A stretch of DNA of 62,827 bases, filler included, from Globobulimina sp. (lineage: Eukaryota): assembly GCA_003354225.1 (NCBI GenBank). It is 49 parts of 49 records of this genome, joined end to end, with 100 filler letters (N's around TTAATTAATTAA, not from the genome) between each part and the next. Parts side by side here need not be neighbours in the genome. Positions count along the whole stretch, not along the records: positions 24,416 to 25,600 come from PIVH01021444.1; positions 25,701 to 26,884 come from PIVH01021445.1; positions 26,985 to 28,168 come from PIVH01021446.1; positions 28,269 to 29,452 come from PIVH01021447.1; positions 29,553 to 30,736 come from PIVH01021448.1; positions 30,837 to 32,020 come from PIVH01021449.1; positions 32,121 to 33,304 come from PIVH01021450.1; positions 33,405 to 34,588 come from PIVH01021451.1; 41 more parts are not named here. One strand, 5' to 3'. Under the pieces are notes generated by a model. It was not told where the DNA came from. It saw only the letters and a program-made list of their open reading frames with translations, and ran no database searches. Position 1 is the first letter of the stretch; each line of letters begins with the position of its first letter. The translations under genes and the position numbers were made by a program. This document shows, piece after piece, positions 24,533 to 35,972 of this stretch.

Positions 24533-24730
24533 GCGTTTGCTTTTGGAAGTGGCCTCTGGCATCCACATATGTGTCAGAAGTTAATTCACTTTTTGCTTCC
24601 TGCACAAGTGGGATGCAACAGTTTCTCATCATATTGGAGCATTTTTTGTGTTTATAAAAGTGCGAATAAGCGAGAAAGCAATGTTTTTTTTGCGGAAGAA
24701 ACGTTATCACCAAAAGAAATTAATAGCGAT

Positions 24731-25349
24731 TCAAAATTTCTCCTTTTCGTACTGTCTCACTGATTTAATAACTTGTGTTACCGCACTCGGTCTCATTCCT
24801 GGCATCATACCATGTCCTAAGTTAACAATCAATCGTTTCTTATCACATTCAACAACATCAAATTCATTCAACATTCTATAAATGTTCCTTTTTATTCCTT
24901 CATCATCGCCATACAAACACCATGGATCCAAATTTCCCTTTTCACAACATTTCAAAATACATTTTCGTCAAAAAAAAACTTTTTTCAGTTCACTCAACTT
25001 GTAATGTCACTTTATCACCAACTTCCTTCCTTGCCTCAACCACATCTTTACCCCATCCAATCGCATAAACTTCATACCCACATTGCATCAGTTCATCCAA
25101 TTTAATATTAACCTCTCTTGCAAACAGTATCATTGGCACTGTATCATTCTTAATTTGTTTCTTAACTTCGACATAAATCCTCTTCAAAAACGGCATCACA
25201 AACTCTCTAAATAGATGTGGCGACAACGCACCACAGCAAGACTCAAATATTTCCAATGCTTGCGCGCCCGCAGTAACCTGCCCTACGAGATGCGCTATAG
25301 TCGCCTCAGTATAAATCCGCATGATATCTTTACATTTATTCGGATATTT
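24731..25349 (-). CDS. UROD: Uroporphyrinogen decarboxylase, C-terminal half; intron 24938-24998; 5' end lost at chimeric junction
   Basis: LVGQVTAGAQALEIFES, VPMILFA, VTLQ/GNLDP (restored by splicing), IVNLGHG. Confidence 0.95.
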
Positions 25350-25351
25350 TG

Positions 25352-25600
25352 ATGATTAAACCTACTCAAGTTGCCATCGCAGGAGCAAACGGCCGTATGG
25401 GCAGAGAATTGCTCAAGGCATGCCTAGATGAGAAATATATTGTACTGAATGAAGCTCTCGTTCGAGCTGAAAATTCTTGCATTGATGAAAATCTGGCTAC
25501 ATTGACTGGATTTGAAATCAACGATATTCACTTTAAATCGCAAGAAGAGCCACTCGATGATAAATCTGATGTGCTAATTGACTTCACATTACCTGATAAT
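25352..25600 (+). CDS. dapB: 4-hydroxy-tetrahydrodipicolinate reductase, N-terminal fragment, bacterial type
   Basis: VAIAGANGRMGRELL...DVLIDFTLP, collinear with the proteobacterial DapB N-terminus. Confidence 0.9.
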
Positions 25601-26041
25601 NNNNNNNNNNNNNNNNNNNNNNNNNNNNNNNNNNNNNNNNNNNNTTAATTAATTAANNNNNNNNNNNNNNNNNNNNNNNNNNNNNNNNNNNNNNNNNNNN
25701 TGAAGGGTCTTTTTCTTCCATGTTCTGTTTTTGTTTTTGTTTTTAATGTTCAAAATAGTAAATGTGTGGTAACAGAATGTTCAACATACTTTGTTTATGT
25801 TCGGAATGAATTTTGCTTGAACTTAGTTACGGGATGCTTCAACAGTAAGCTGTTTTTTAGGAGTATTTTCAACAATTCAATTGTCCTCGCTCCAGCAAAC
25901 AAAATACGTTTCTCTGTGGATAAATTAATATAATTATAGATTAATTAAAAGAGAATTATGATTATGGTTACGGAGTATTACTTGTGTAGCTGCAACGTGT
26001 TTCCGAAAACAAAGTTTTTTTGTGTTGTGCACAAAACAAGC

Positions 26042-26877
26042 ATGTCTGTTGTCGATAATTTGGGCACTGAATTATCATCTTCTGCAAAGAATACATATTA
26101 TAAATATTTGGATATGTTTCAAAAAATTGTGATTAATACTGATTTCGAAGGAGTTCCTGATGATTCTTCAGTTTTGTGAATTTGTCCAGAATATGTTAAT
26201 TTATTTGTTTCTGTGACAATTTATTTTAACAGTTTACAACAAAATTATTCAAACATTGTACAAAAGCAATACGAGAAGCACTGTCAAGGTATATACTGAA
26301 AATTGAATGCAAATGTATTTGGATTAATAAACCAAAGAAAGATAAAAGTTGGAGCGGCCGAACATACACTAAAAGTAATTACATTGGCAAAGTAACAATT
26401 TATCCAAACTCAAGAGATAAAATGAAGGAAATTGATGAAAAAGCATTTTATGATTTATTTGTCATTTCGGAAAATGTACTATATTTTACATTGAAATCAA
26501 TGGGAATCCCTTATATTGTTTGTAAAGGATGGATTGTAAATATTAATGATAAAAATAAATATGATATCGACAAAATGAAATCTAAATCAAATGCAATAAA
26601 ACATTATTTGAATGAGAAAAAATATTCATATACAACGAAGCATGTCAGTCTGAATCGAGGATATTCGCATCTTGTTAAAGCACATAAAAAAACATCAAAA
26701 CAACAAACACAAAAATCATTTGGAATGACTCTTCGGTCAAAATCAAACAAAAACAATTCTGACAAGATAAAGAACTCAAATAAAAGAAAATTGTCACCCG
26801 GTTCAGAATTCGAAGAGCGTGAAATCGAAAGTCCACCACAAAAGAAAAGAAGACTGTCAAGACGTAAACATAAATGA
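26042..26877 (+). CDS. Hypothetical multi-exon gene, possibly degenerate, with basic NLS-like C-terminus
   Basis: Short exons bounded by GT/AG; last ORF ends PPQKKRRLSRRKHK. Exon structure is unresolved. Confidence 0.4.
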
Positions 26878-26984
26878 CAAAAACNNNNNNNNNNNNNNNN
26901 NNNNNNNNNNNNNNNNNNNNNNNNNNNNTTAATTAATTAANNNNNNNNNNNNNNNNNNNNNNNNNNNNNNNNNNNNNNNNNNNN

Positions 26985-28124
26985 TATTTTATCTTCAAAG
27001 TTAGAATCATTTTTGTTTTTAAAAATGATGATTTCGTCATACAAAACATAATGTCCATTTTTCTCTCCCCACTCGCAGCCAATAAAATCTATTTTTTTCA
27101 CATCACTATATAAGAAGGAAATTTTACTGAGGTTTACATCTGTAAATCTAAGTTTATCTCTTATTATGATATCAACAAACCGCACCTCTCCATTGAATAC
27201 ATAGTTCTTCTTCCTTTTTGAAAACCGCGCTAATTCATGAAATCTAGCAAGAGAAAAATCAACAAATCCGTCGAATGAGGCTCCACTGAAATCAGCGTCT
27301 TCATTAAATCTGGTTCTTCTAAAATCTATTGATTGCCCAAACACCGAGTCTTGAAAGTGTGTTTCTCCGTTAAACCTAGAATGTGTAAAAACTGCTTTGT
27401 TGAATGTAACAACACTAAAGTTTGTTTCATTACTAAATTCAGTAGCAATAAACTCTGCATTTCCGTAAAAATTAGAACCCCTAAAATCTGCTTCTCCTAG
27501 GAACTTAGCAGCAATAAAATTTGCCACTGGGCTGGATGATATGTTGTCCGTGCCGAACTTTGCTTTGAAAAATATTACATCTTTACTGAATTGTGCTTTT
27601 TCGAAGTTTGAATCCTTACTAAATATAGCGTATTCAAAATATGAATAATTGTTGAATTTAGCACTACTAAAATGAGCTTTTCTTTTAAATTGGGTCTTAT
27701 TGAAGAATGAATGTCCGTCAAATTGGACACGTGAAAAAATAGTTTCTTTAGCAAACTCGGCGTTATCAAAATATACCGTATTTTTAAACTTGACCATTGA
27801 AAAGTTTGTTTCATGATCGAAATTGACTCCGCTGAAATCTGTTATTTCATTAAACTCAGCATTTCTTAATCTGATTCGTGGCAAAGGATTTTTATAGTTA
27901 AATCGGGAAAAACTAATGGCTCCTTTAAAAATAATGCCTGACAAATCACAGATTTCATCAATTTTCTTTGCTTCGTCAATTTTTGCAAAAATTTGATTAT
28001 TGAATCGATCAGTCTTAAACCCTACAACACTTGGAGCGTGAAAGATACAGTAATCTTTCCCGGCATACCTTAATGTTTTTTCAGATTTACACCAGTCATA
28101 ATGTTCGGACATACAACAAGCCAA
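26985..28124 (-). CDS. Bacterial pentapeptide-repeat protein (3' partial)
   Basis: 11-aa AxFxxAxF periodicity over about 230 aa; N-terminal C...YCIFH motif; GGAGG Shine-Dalgarno just upstream of the TTG start; no introns. Confidence 0.9.
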
Positions 28125-28284
28125 AATGAATCCTCCCTTGCCATGTACTGGTCAAATGAAAGCTTTTCNNNNNNNNNNNNNNNNNNNNNNNNNNNNNNNN
28201 NNNNNNNNNNNNTTAATTAATTAANNNNNNNNNNNNNNNNNNNNNNNNNNNNNNNNNNNNNNNNNNNNTTTTAATTTAATTAGC

Positions 28285-28812
28285 ATGTCGGTTATACCTG
28301 AACCGAATGTATTAATGGGCGGACCGACTCCGCCGCCGAGAGAGCCGAATATGTTATCGGCGCGGTCTGCCTCGTTATCGCCGCGCTCCGTTTCGTCGTC
28401 ATCATCGTCACCATGCTCTGTCACATCATCATCATCAACACGCTCTGTCTCATCGTCATCATCGCCGCGCTCCGTTTCATCGCAATCATCATCACCATGC
28501 TCTGTCTCATCATCATCAATAGGATCATCAGCAGACGTGATGAGAGACAGTGATTCAATTTATGTGTGCTCATCGGAGCAATCCTCACCATCGGAAAGTT
28601 CGTCGGAGCCATCCGACAGTACAACAGAAAGTGATATTATATCATCGGACGGACCGGCATTGGATACAATGTCAAGAAAGCGATATTGGTCAATCGCTGA
28701 TTTTTTAAGAGATAATGCGTCGGAGGAGGATGATTATAGGCCACCGGCACCGAAAAGAAGAAGAATTATGGATAGGCCCATTTCGTTTATGTTGGGCGAG
28801 CATTTGCAATAA
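28285..28812 (+). CDS. Ser-rich low-complexity protein with NLS-like PAPKRRR
   Basis: Complete 175-aa ORF with tandem SPRSVSSSSS/SPCSVxSSS units; stop overlaps AATAAA. Confidence 0.5.
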   Translation: MSVIPEPNVLMGGPTPPPREPNMLSARSASLSPRSVSSSSSSPCSVTSSSSTRSVSSSSSPRSVSSQSSSPCSVSSSSIGSSADVMRDSDSIYVCSSEQSSPSESSSEPSDSTTESDIISSDGPALDTMSRKRYWSIADFLRDNASEEDDYRPPAPKRRRIMDRPISFMLGEHLQ

Positions 28813-29038
28813 AAAATGCTTTATTATCCGGTTTATTTTATATTTTGCAATAAAATTGTTGCGAAAATGCGAGAGACAAATTTCTTTGATTTATTGATTT
28901 TGCATTGCTTTTTTTTTTTATTATTCTGTGTTGCCTTTCTTATTGCTTTTTATTTAATATATTGTTATAACATTACTTATTAATTCTTGTTTAATTCTTG
29001 TTGCGAAATTGCGAAAATTAAAATTCTTGTCATCTTTT

Positions 29039-29452
29039 TTAGTCAGTCACTTCTTAGTCAGTCACTTCTTTGATAATATCTCATTGAGACGCAAATAAAT
29101 CGGACATTCAATAATATCTCATTGACGCAAATAAATCGCAGATTGATTATATGTCATTGAGACGCAAATAAATCGGACATTAAATAATATCTCATTAATA
29201 TCCCATAAAATATATCTCATTGTATCGCAAAATAATATCACATTCAATCGCATAATATCTCATTCAATTAATCCCAAATAACATATCTTTGGATCGGAAA
29301 TATATATCTCTTGATCCCAAATAATATGCCATCCCAGATTGATAATATCTCATTGAGACGGAAATAAATCAGACTGATCAATACAAGGACAGCAAATATG
29401 TCCATTGTATCCCAATAATATCCCATAAAATATATTTCATTGTATTGCAAAA
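29039..29452. repeat. Degenerate repeat array with TAATATCTCATTGAGACGCAAATAAATC core
   Basis: Core recurs at about 36-39 bp spacing and then decays; preceded by (TTAGTCAGTCACTTC)x2. Confidence 0.8.
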
Positions 29453-29552
29453 NNNNNNNNNNNNNNNNNNNNNNNNNNNNNNNNNNNNNNNNNNNNTTAA
29501 TTAATTAANNNNNNNNNNNNNNNNNNNNNNNNNNNNNNNNNNNNNNNNNNNN

Positions 29553-30701
29553 CTGCAAAAGTATGCGAATGATTCAGTTGATGGTCGCTTACATTTTTCA
29601 TTGAATTTGAACACAGAAACTGGTCGCTTATCGTGTAAGAATCCCAATTTACAGAACCAGCCCGCAAATAAAGATATATTTAAAGTGCGGAAAGCATTTA
29701 CGGCGCAAAATGAAAGTCAGACATTGATAATCGCAGATTATGCGCAGATTGAGCTGAGAATGTTGGCGTTTTTATCAGAGTGCCAATCGATGATCGATGC
29801 GTTTGAAAGTGGCGGCGATTTCCATTCAAGAACTGCAGCGGCAATGTATGAATATATCCAAAAGGATATCAACGACGGAAAGGTGCTGTTGGATGGTGTT
29901 GGCAATGGGGACATTCCTTTGGTGAAAGATAAATATAAACGAGAAAGGATGCATGCGAAGGGAGTAAATTTTAGCATCGCATACGGCAAAACAGCACAAG
30001 GATTGGCAGCTGATTTGGATATTTCTGCGGTGGAAGCAAATGATATATTAAACAAATGGTATTGCGACAGATATGAAGTCAAACGATGGCAACAGAAACA
30101 AATGCTAAAAGCAGTGGAAAATGGATATTCATATTCCTTGATTGGGCGACACCGGAAATTGTTCGATCCGGTGCATGATCTTTGTGGTGGCGATGCGAAG
30201 ATACATCAACAATTTGTGCATTTTGTGAGGGTCAGTTTTAATATGAATGGTGAGGACAGCGAGGATTTCGAAGTTAGCAAAGTGAAGGGGAAAAATAAAA
30301 AGATGAGTGCGTTGTGGCAAAGTTTTATTAAACAATATAAAATAGAATGTGTCCGGAACGATATTGATGTAAATATAGGAGGCGTTGGCGGAGGAATAAG
30401 CGGAGGAGAATTAAATAAATATATGAGGAAAGCAATCAATTCGCCGGTTCAATCGTCAGCAGCTGATGTTGTGGTAAAATGTATGTTGAATATCTGGGAA
30501 AATCGAGAATTGAAAGAGTTGGGATTCAAATTGTTATTGCAAATTCATGATGAAGTCATATTGGAAGGGCCAAAAGAAAATGTTGAAGGCGCAAAGAAAA
30601 TTGTTAAACAATGCATGGAAATCCCATGGAATGGAATGAAACAAACTGTGGCATTCAAGGCCGAGGTTAAGGATTGTGAGAATTGGTTTGATGCGAAATA
30701 A
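29553..30701 (+). CDS. Family A DNA polymerase, POP (plant/protist organellar) type, C-terminal polymerase domain
   Basis: LNTETGRLS..PNLQNQPA, ADYAQIELR (motif A), GGDFHSRTA, ERMHAKGVNFSIAYGKT (motif B), LLLQIHDEVILEGP (motif C), NWFDAK end. Confidence 0.93.
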   Translation: MQKYANDSVDGRLHFSLNLNTETGRLSCKNPNLQNQPANKDIFKVRKAFTAQNESQTLIIADYAQIELRMLAFLSECQSMIDAFESGGDFHSRTAAAMYEYIQKDINDGKVLLDGVGNGDIPLVKDKYKRERMHAKGVNFSIAYGKTAQGLAADLDISAVEANDILNKWYCDRYEVKRWQQKQMLKAVENGYSYSLIGRHRKLFDPVHDLCGGDAKIHQQFVHFVRVSFNMNGEDSEDFEVSKVKGKNKKMSALWQSFIKQYKIECVRNDIDVNIGGVGGGISGGELNKYMRKAINSPVQSSAADVVVKCMLNIWENRELKELGFKLLLQIHDEVILEGPKENVEGAKKIVKQCMEIPWNGMKQTVAFKAEVKDCENWFDAK

Positions 30702-31022
30702 TATTAATTAATTGTCTACTAATTGGAAGGAATGCANNNNNNNNNNNNNNNNNNNNNNNNNNNNNNNNNNNNNNNNNNNNTTAATTAATTAANNNNNNNN
30801 NNNNNNNNNNNNNNNNNNNNNNNNNNNNNNNNNNNNGTTTACTGTAATAACTTTATGCCGATCCAAACAGCAGATGATTTTAATACATAATGTAGCTGTA
30901 TGCATAATTGAGACAATAATAAAGTATATTTATAGACAATTAATTGCACAAATAACGAAATAAAACAACATCATAATAAAGAAAACAATAAGAAATTTAA
31001 GAACAATTAGAAAGCAATAAGA

Positions 31023-31977
31023 ATGCCAATGGATATTTTCGGAACTGTTGGTAAGAATGGTATCTACTGTATTAATTTAACCGAAAGAGAAAATCGATTA
31101 GAGGCTGCACAAAAACAATTCAGTTCTGTTGGTTTAGGTGGGAAAGTAACATTTGTTAGAGTAAAAAAGTCAAAACATGGAGGGAGGTTTGGATGTTTTA
31201 TGTCTCATTTGACAATTATGGAACACGGATTAAAAGATAATAAAGAATTTATAATCATCTTTGAAGATGATGTAAAATTCCAAAATGGATGGGAACAAAT
31301 TATTATTGATTCTTCCAAATTTATTCAACAATCAAAACAACAAAAACAAAAGTGGGATGCATTATTTTTGGGATGCATAGTAGACTATCCATTATTTAAA
31401 CATAAACAAATGTAGGGGTGCTCATGCTTACATTGTATCAAAACAAGGAATGCAAAAATTTATTTCTTATGTTAAAAACAATGAAATGAAAGATCCAAAA
31501 CAATGGATTAATAAAAAATTGGCCGGGCATGATGTAATAAGTAATTATATTTGGTCATCAATGTATGCACATTCAAATAATTTGATAATTACACAAGATG
31601 AATTATTAGCTACCGATAATGTTTGGAATGTAGTAAGTGTTTCTGATGATGGAAGCTTATCCACTGAAGGTAAATGGTTACAAAATCACGTTTTTAAAAA
31701 GATTGCTCGTGTTTACAGTCCTCTGATTAATGCAAGTATAAATATTCCATTTACATTTCGTCCACATTTGGGGTATAGAAAAATGACAGAACCAGTACCA
31801 ATTTCATTTGATAATGCCAAAGAAGATACAATTATTTTAAAAGCTGGTATATTTGCACAAGTGTTACAACTGTTATCAATCATTGCCATTTTTATTCATG
31901 AGTTAATATGGCGAATACCAGAAAATGTTTCAAGATACAAAGCGTTGAAATTGATTATTAGATGTATCATTGCATAA
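31023..31977 (+). pseudogene. Glycosyltransferase family 25-like gene with a frameshift near 31400
   Basis: IYCINLTERENR, GCFMSH, IIFEDD, WDALFLG in one frame; the conserved GAHAYIVSKQG continues in a different frame. Confidence 0.75.
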
Positions 31978-32509
31978 TTTAACATTTAAATTCGTAGATT
32001 TATTACATTTACCTTAAACTNNNNNNNNNNNNNNNNNNNNNNNNNNNNNNNNNNNNNNNNNNNNTTAATTAATTAANNNNNNNNNNNNNNNNNNNNNNNN
32101 NNNNNNNNNNNNNNNNNNNNCTTTATTAAGGCTGAGCTGAGATTTGAATGGTATTATAAACTAATTCATAGTGAAAAAATACAGAAACAATTGGATGAAT
32201 TCCTGATTGACTACGATAAGAACGGTGTCGCCCTTCCAACAGCTACAAAAGATGGGAGAGTACAGGACAACAAAGCAAATCAACCCACCAACTTGAAATA
32301 TAAATGAATGACTCGATGCACATGCTTTGAACAAGATTACTGAACAAAATCTTGCCCCCTGGCCATAAATGCTTGTTGAAAGTTTTATATTACAACAAAA
32401 ACCTGAGTTACTAAAGACACCATGTCTGGTGCCGAAGGCATGTTTCTCTTAATATCTCACACTAATTATCTCTTTACAACATTCATTCCAACCATCCAGA
32501 CACAAACCA

Positions 32510-33304
32510 CACTAACAATGTTGCTGCGAATATCAACGTTGACTCAAAAAATGCTCTCAACGCATTATCGCTGTCATCATCTGTCACCGTTTTAACGCCA
32601 CAGAATTCATGCCTTGAATTAACCCCTCATCCAACCTTCCATATAAATATCACACTGTCTGACATTGCATCCAGTTGCATCACAACCGTCCATGGCTTCA
32701 TCCGCGAAGCACTTGGACGAAAAACGTACAGCAACATACACCACACCATCAAAGATTTAATATCATACATGTACGCAAAACCAGTCCTCCTCAACCTACA
32801 ATACAACAAAATCAGCAAATATATCTTATATTGCACAATAAACGATAGCTGGCACTCGATAATTAATAAAATAATGCTTGAATATAAACTCAATTCTGCG
32901 CAAAATATCAGCAAACTACAATATGACAACGGCTATCTAGATCACTCTGGTTGGGCATCGGGCAAATTTACATGGACTGACAATGATATATTCACCTTCG
33001 AGACCGAAGCACCAAATAAATCTCCGATAGCTAAGCCAAGCAAAGGTATGTATTTTATATGCATTTTTTATGAAAAACACTTTATAAAATTGCACACAGC
33101 TCACACGCATAAAATTGTAACGTTAAAATGATGCATAGGACCGAATGGTGGCGAGAAGAAAATTAAATTACCCTCAAAGAGTTGGGAAGTTAATTTAAAG
33201 TCTGTCTTGACGCGAATACCAAAGAAATTCGCCATTGTGAATAAATTGGAATGGTTGGTGCAGATCGATGGCGTGGTAGTAAGTAAAAAAGATTGGAAAC
33301 AATT
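32510..33304 (+). CDS. Hypothetical protein (partial); intron 33046-33138; upstream part degenerate
   Basis: Frame includes 32769-33045; GTATGT...TAG splice joins KPSK-GPNGGEKKIKLP. Start boundary is approximate. Confidence 0.45.
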
Positions 33305-33404
33305 NNNNNNNNNNNNNNNNNNNNNNNNNNNNNNNNNNNNNNNNNNNNTTAATTAATTAANNNNNNNNNNNNNNNNNNNNNNNNNNNNNNNNNNNNNNNN
33401 NNNN

Positions 33405-34588
33405 GCATCGCCTAAGAATTCTAATCGTTGATATGTTATACCATATTCATTGAATATGGAATGATGATGATATTGATATGATTTATCAATTAATTCAATC
33501 AATGCTGCACAAACCAATGGATATTGCAAATTCAATGAATATTTATTTGCCATTTTATTGGATATCTTACAGATTAATTCCTTCATATTATTTGCAAATA
33601 TATTTTTTCTATAAATAGCTTCAAATTTATTGTCATTCCAATCGGAAATTAATTGTTTAAACTCACAATGTATTTTAAATGCCTTTTTATTAATATTGAG
33701 CCGTAATAACAGCCGCAAACATGAATTTATTTTCTGACTTATATTACTATTATTTTTGTTACTTGAACACCATACCGCACCTAAGGTTGATTCAATTATA
33801 TCCGCTGGCAATTTCAAACTTATTTTAATGTTTTTATACAATGATTCTGCAATTTGACGCTGTTCGAAAAATGATGGATGCCATAATTCAAATGCAAATT
33901 GATTAAATACACCATATGACGCTAATTGTATCTCATTACTGATCCTATCTAAATTCGCATTACTTACAATGTTTGATTGCCATATTGTTAAAATTCCGGG
34001 ATCTGAATCTGGCATTGTAAATATACCAATTAATGCCACTAGAAATTTTAGTACTTTATCACCTAAACATTCTAATTTTTCATAAGTTTTATTTTCAAAT
34101 TCAGCTTGAACATTACATAATGCTTCAAATAATAAATTAAATTCAATATTAACACCGAAATCTTGGGTAAACATTTTATGCGCATCAAATATATTAAAAT
34201 AATTTTCTAATCGCCATAATATTGCTGGAATATTTAACAATTGGTACCAATGCGAAGTAGTAATACCTGTTGCAAATATATTATTCAATGCAAGATGTCT
34301 GACAGATGCTTTTAATTTGGATTTGGATTTCCTATGTTTTGTTATCTTTGTCTTTGTTGAATCCAAATGTAAAATGTTGCGAACTTTTGGACAATATATT
34401 CTGCCAAGAATGATAATATCATTATGACGTCGACTATTATAATTAGATAATAATTGTTTACAATTTTCAGAGATTGATACTGTTTTTAATTTATTTAATT
34501 GTGTTTGTTGTGTATTTAACTCAATTAAATCAATTTCATCATAAAATGTATTTGTTGCTTCTTTTTTTGAATCATGATCAACATCAAT
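33405..34588 (-). CDS. Dicer-like protein, RNase IIIa and start of RNase IIIb (partial at both ends)
   Basis: YEKLECLGDKVLK...VSNANL...ADIIESTLGA followed by a second signature YQRLEFLGD. Confidence 0.9.
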
Positions 34589-34745
34589 NNNNNNNNNNNN
34601 NNNNNNNNNNNNNNNNNNNNNNNNNNNNNNNNTTAATTAATTAANNNNNNNNNNNNNNNNNNNNNNNNNNNNNNNNNNNNNNNNNNNNAATATAACGAAA
34701 TGTTTTAATTATTATTCGAAACTCGACAAAAAATATTATATTATT

Positions 34746-35870
34746 ATGGTATATGGCACAGTGAGAGATTCGCGGGTATTAAAATATGATGCCATTGATG
34801 ATTGCATTGAAAATATATTCCAGGTATTTCCTTCACGGAAATATTATCACATTGATGGCCATTTATTGCATCAAACAACAAATCAATTATTATTCATCAC
34901 TCATTTTTCCACGCAATCACACAAAATCTATTCATCACTAAATTTAGAAGATGGCGCATACACAAAAATGAAGAGCAACATAACTGGAAAACTACGGCTT
35001 TATTGTTTCTACATAGTTTTGTTGCTGTTTATTATGAATGGCATACTTTTATTGTCTGCACCGCATAAAATAATATATTATGTGACTGAAAATGCATGGA
35101 TTTATTTCTTAGTTTATTGGAGCACACTGCTTTCAGTGGAATTGGTGCATCGTTATATCATTGACATCGAATCATTGTTTACCGGACCTATGAGTTATTT
35201 GTATTTATTTCAATCTTCTTCCAATGAGAAAGGCGATGCATTTTATATATTTACAGTGGATAAAACATCAAATGATGAATATATAGAATATGACATAAGA
35301 TATGATGCAAAATCATCAAAATTAGTGATCCAAAATCAATATAAATATATACGAGGATTTAACGCAATATTTTACAAAATGGTTTATGTTGAAACAGCGA
35401 ACACATTGTATATTTTCAATGAAAATGGAGATGTTTGGTGTTGCGATGCTGATCGTAGAGAGTGGATGAAATATTTTGTAAAATCACAACAAAAAGTACA
35501 CGTTAAATATGCGTTATTGTTATTTGAAAGGATTGTGTTTTCGCTTGATTTTAATGATAATATGTGGTTTTTTGATGCGTTATTAACTCAGAAATGGTAT
35601 AAATGCAATAAACAAATTGATGATCGATTAATGACACAACAACAATTTACAAACTGTTGTTTCAAAGACCACCAGAATTTTATCCATCTGATTCAATATC
35701 CAATGCATATCAAATTCAATGCGCTGGACATTATTCCAAAGGAATTAGACAATGAATATAGGAAATATTATGCAAACATCGTCCATGCATATTGCAGAAT
35801 ATATTATACTGACATCACTCCGTTGTGTGTGTTTGCCACTGTCACCAAATATTATCCTTGTTTTTTATAA
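34746..35870 (+). CDS. Hypothetical protein, degenerate beta-propeller-like
   Basis: 374-aa ORF; Tyr/Trp-rich strands; C-terminal IVHAYCR...PLCVFATVTKYY motif. Confidence 0.55.
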   Translation: MVYGTVRDSRVLKYDAIDDCIENIFQVFPSRKYYHIDGHLLHQTTNQLLFITHFSTQSHKIYSSLNLEDGAYTKMKSNITGKLRLYCFYIVLLLFIMNGILLLSAPHKIIYYVTENAWIYFLVYWSTLLSVELVHRYIIDIESLFTGPMSYLYLFQSSSNEKGDAFYIFTVDKTSNDEYIEYDIRYDAKSSKLVIQNQYKYIRGFNAIFYKMVYVETANTLYIFNENGDVWCCDADRREWMKYFVKSQQKVHVKYALLLFERIVFSLDFNDNMWFFDALLTQKWYKCNKQIDDRLMTQQQFTNCCFKDHQNFIHLIQYPMHIKFNALDIIPKELDNEYRKYYANIVHAYCRIYYTDITPLCVFATVTKYYPCFL

Positions 35871-35972
35871 AANNNNNNNNNNNNNNNNNNNNNNNNNNNN
35901 NNNNNNNNNNNNNNNNTTAATTAATTAANNNNNNNNNNNNNNNNNNNNNNNNNNNNNNNNNNNNNNNNNNNN

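Noticed and set aside
24368..24881. Short ORFs overlapping the tRNA-Sec and the UROD 3' end
   Set aside because: No protein features; the region is explained by the tRNA and antisense UROD.
31380..31415. 36-nt GT-AG intron repairing the GT25 gene
   Set aside because: Removing it keeps the wrong frame and does not restore GAHAY. A frameshift is needed.
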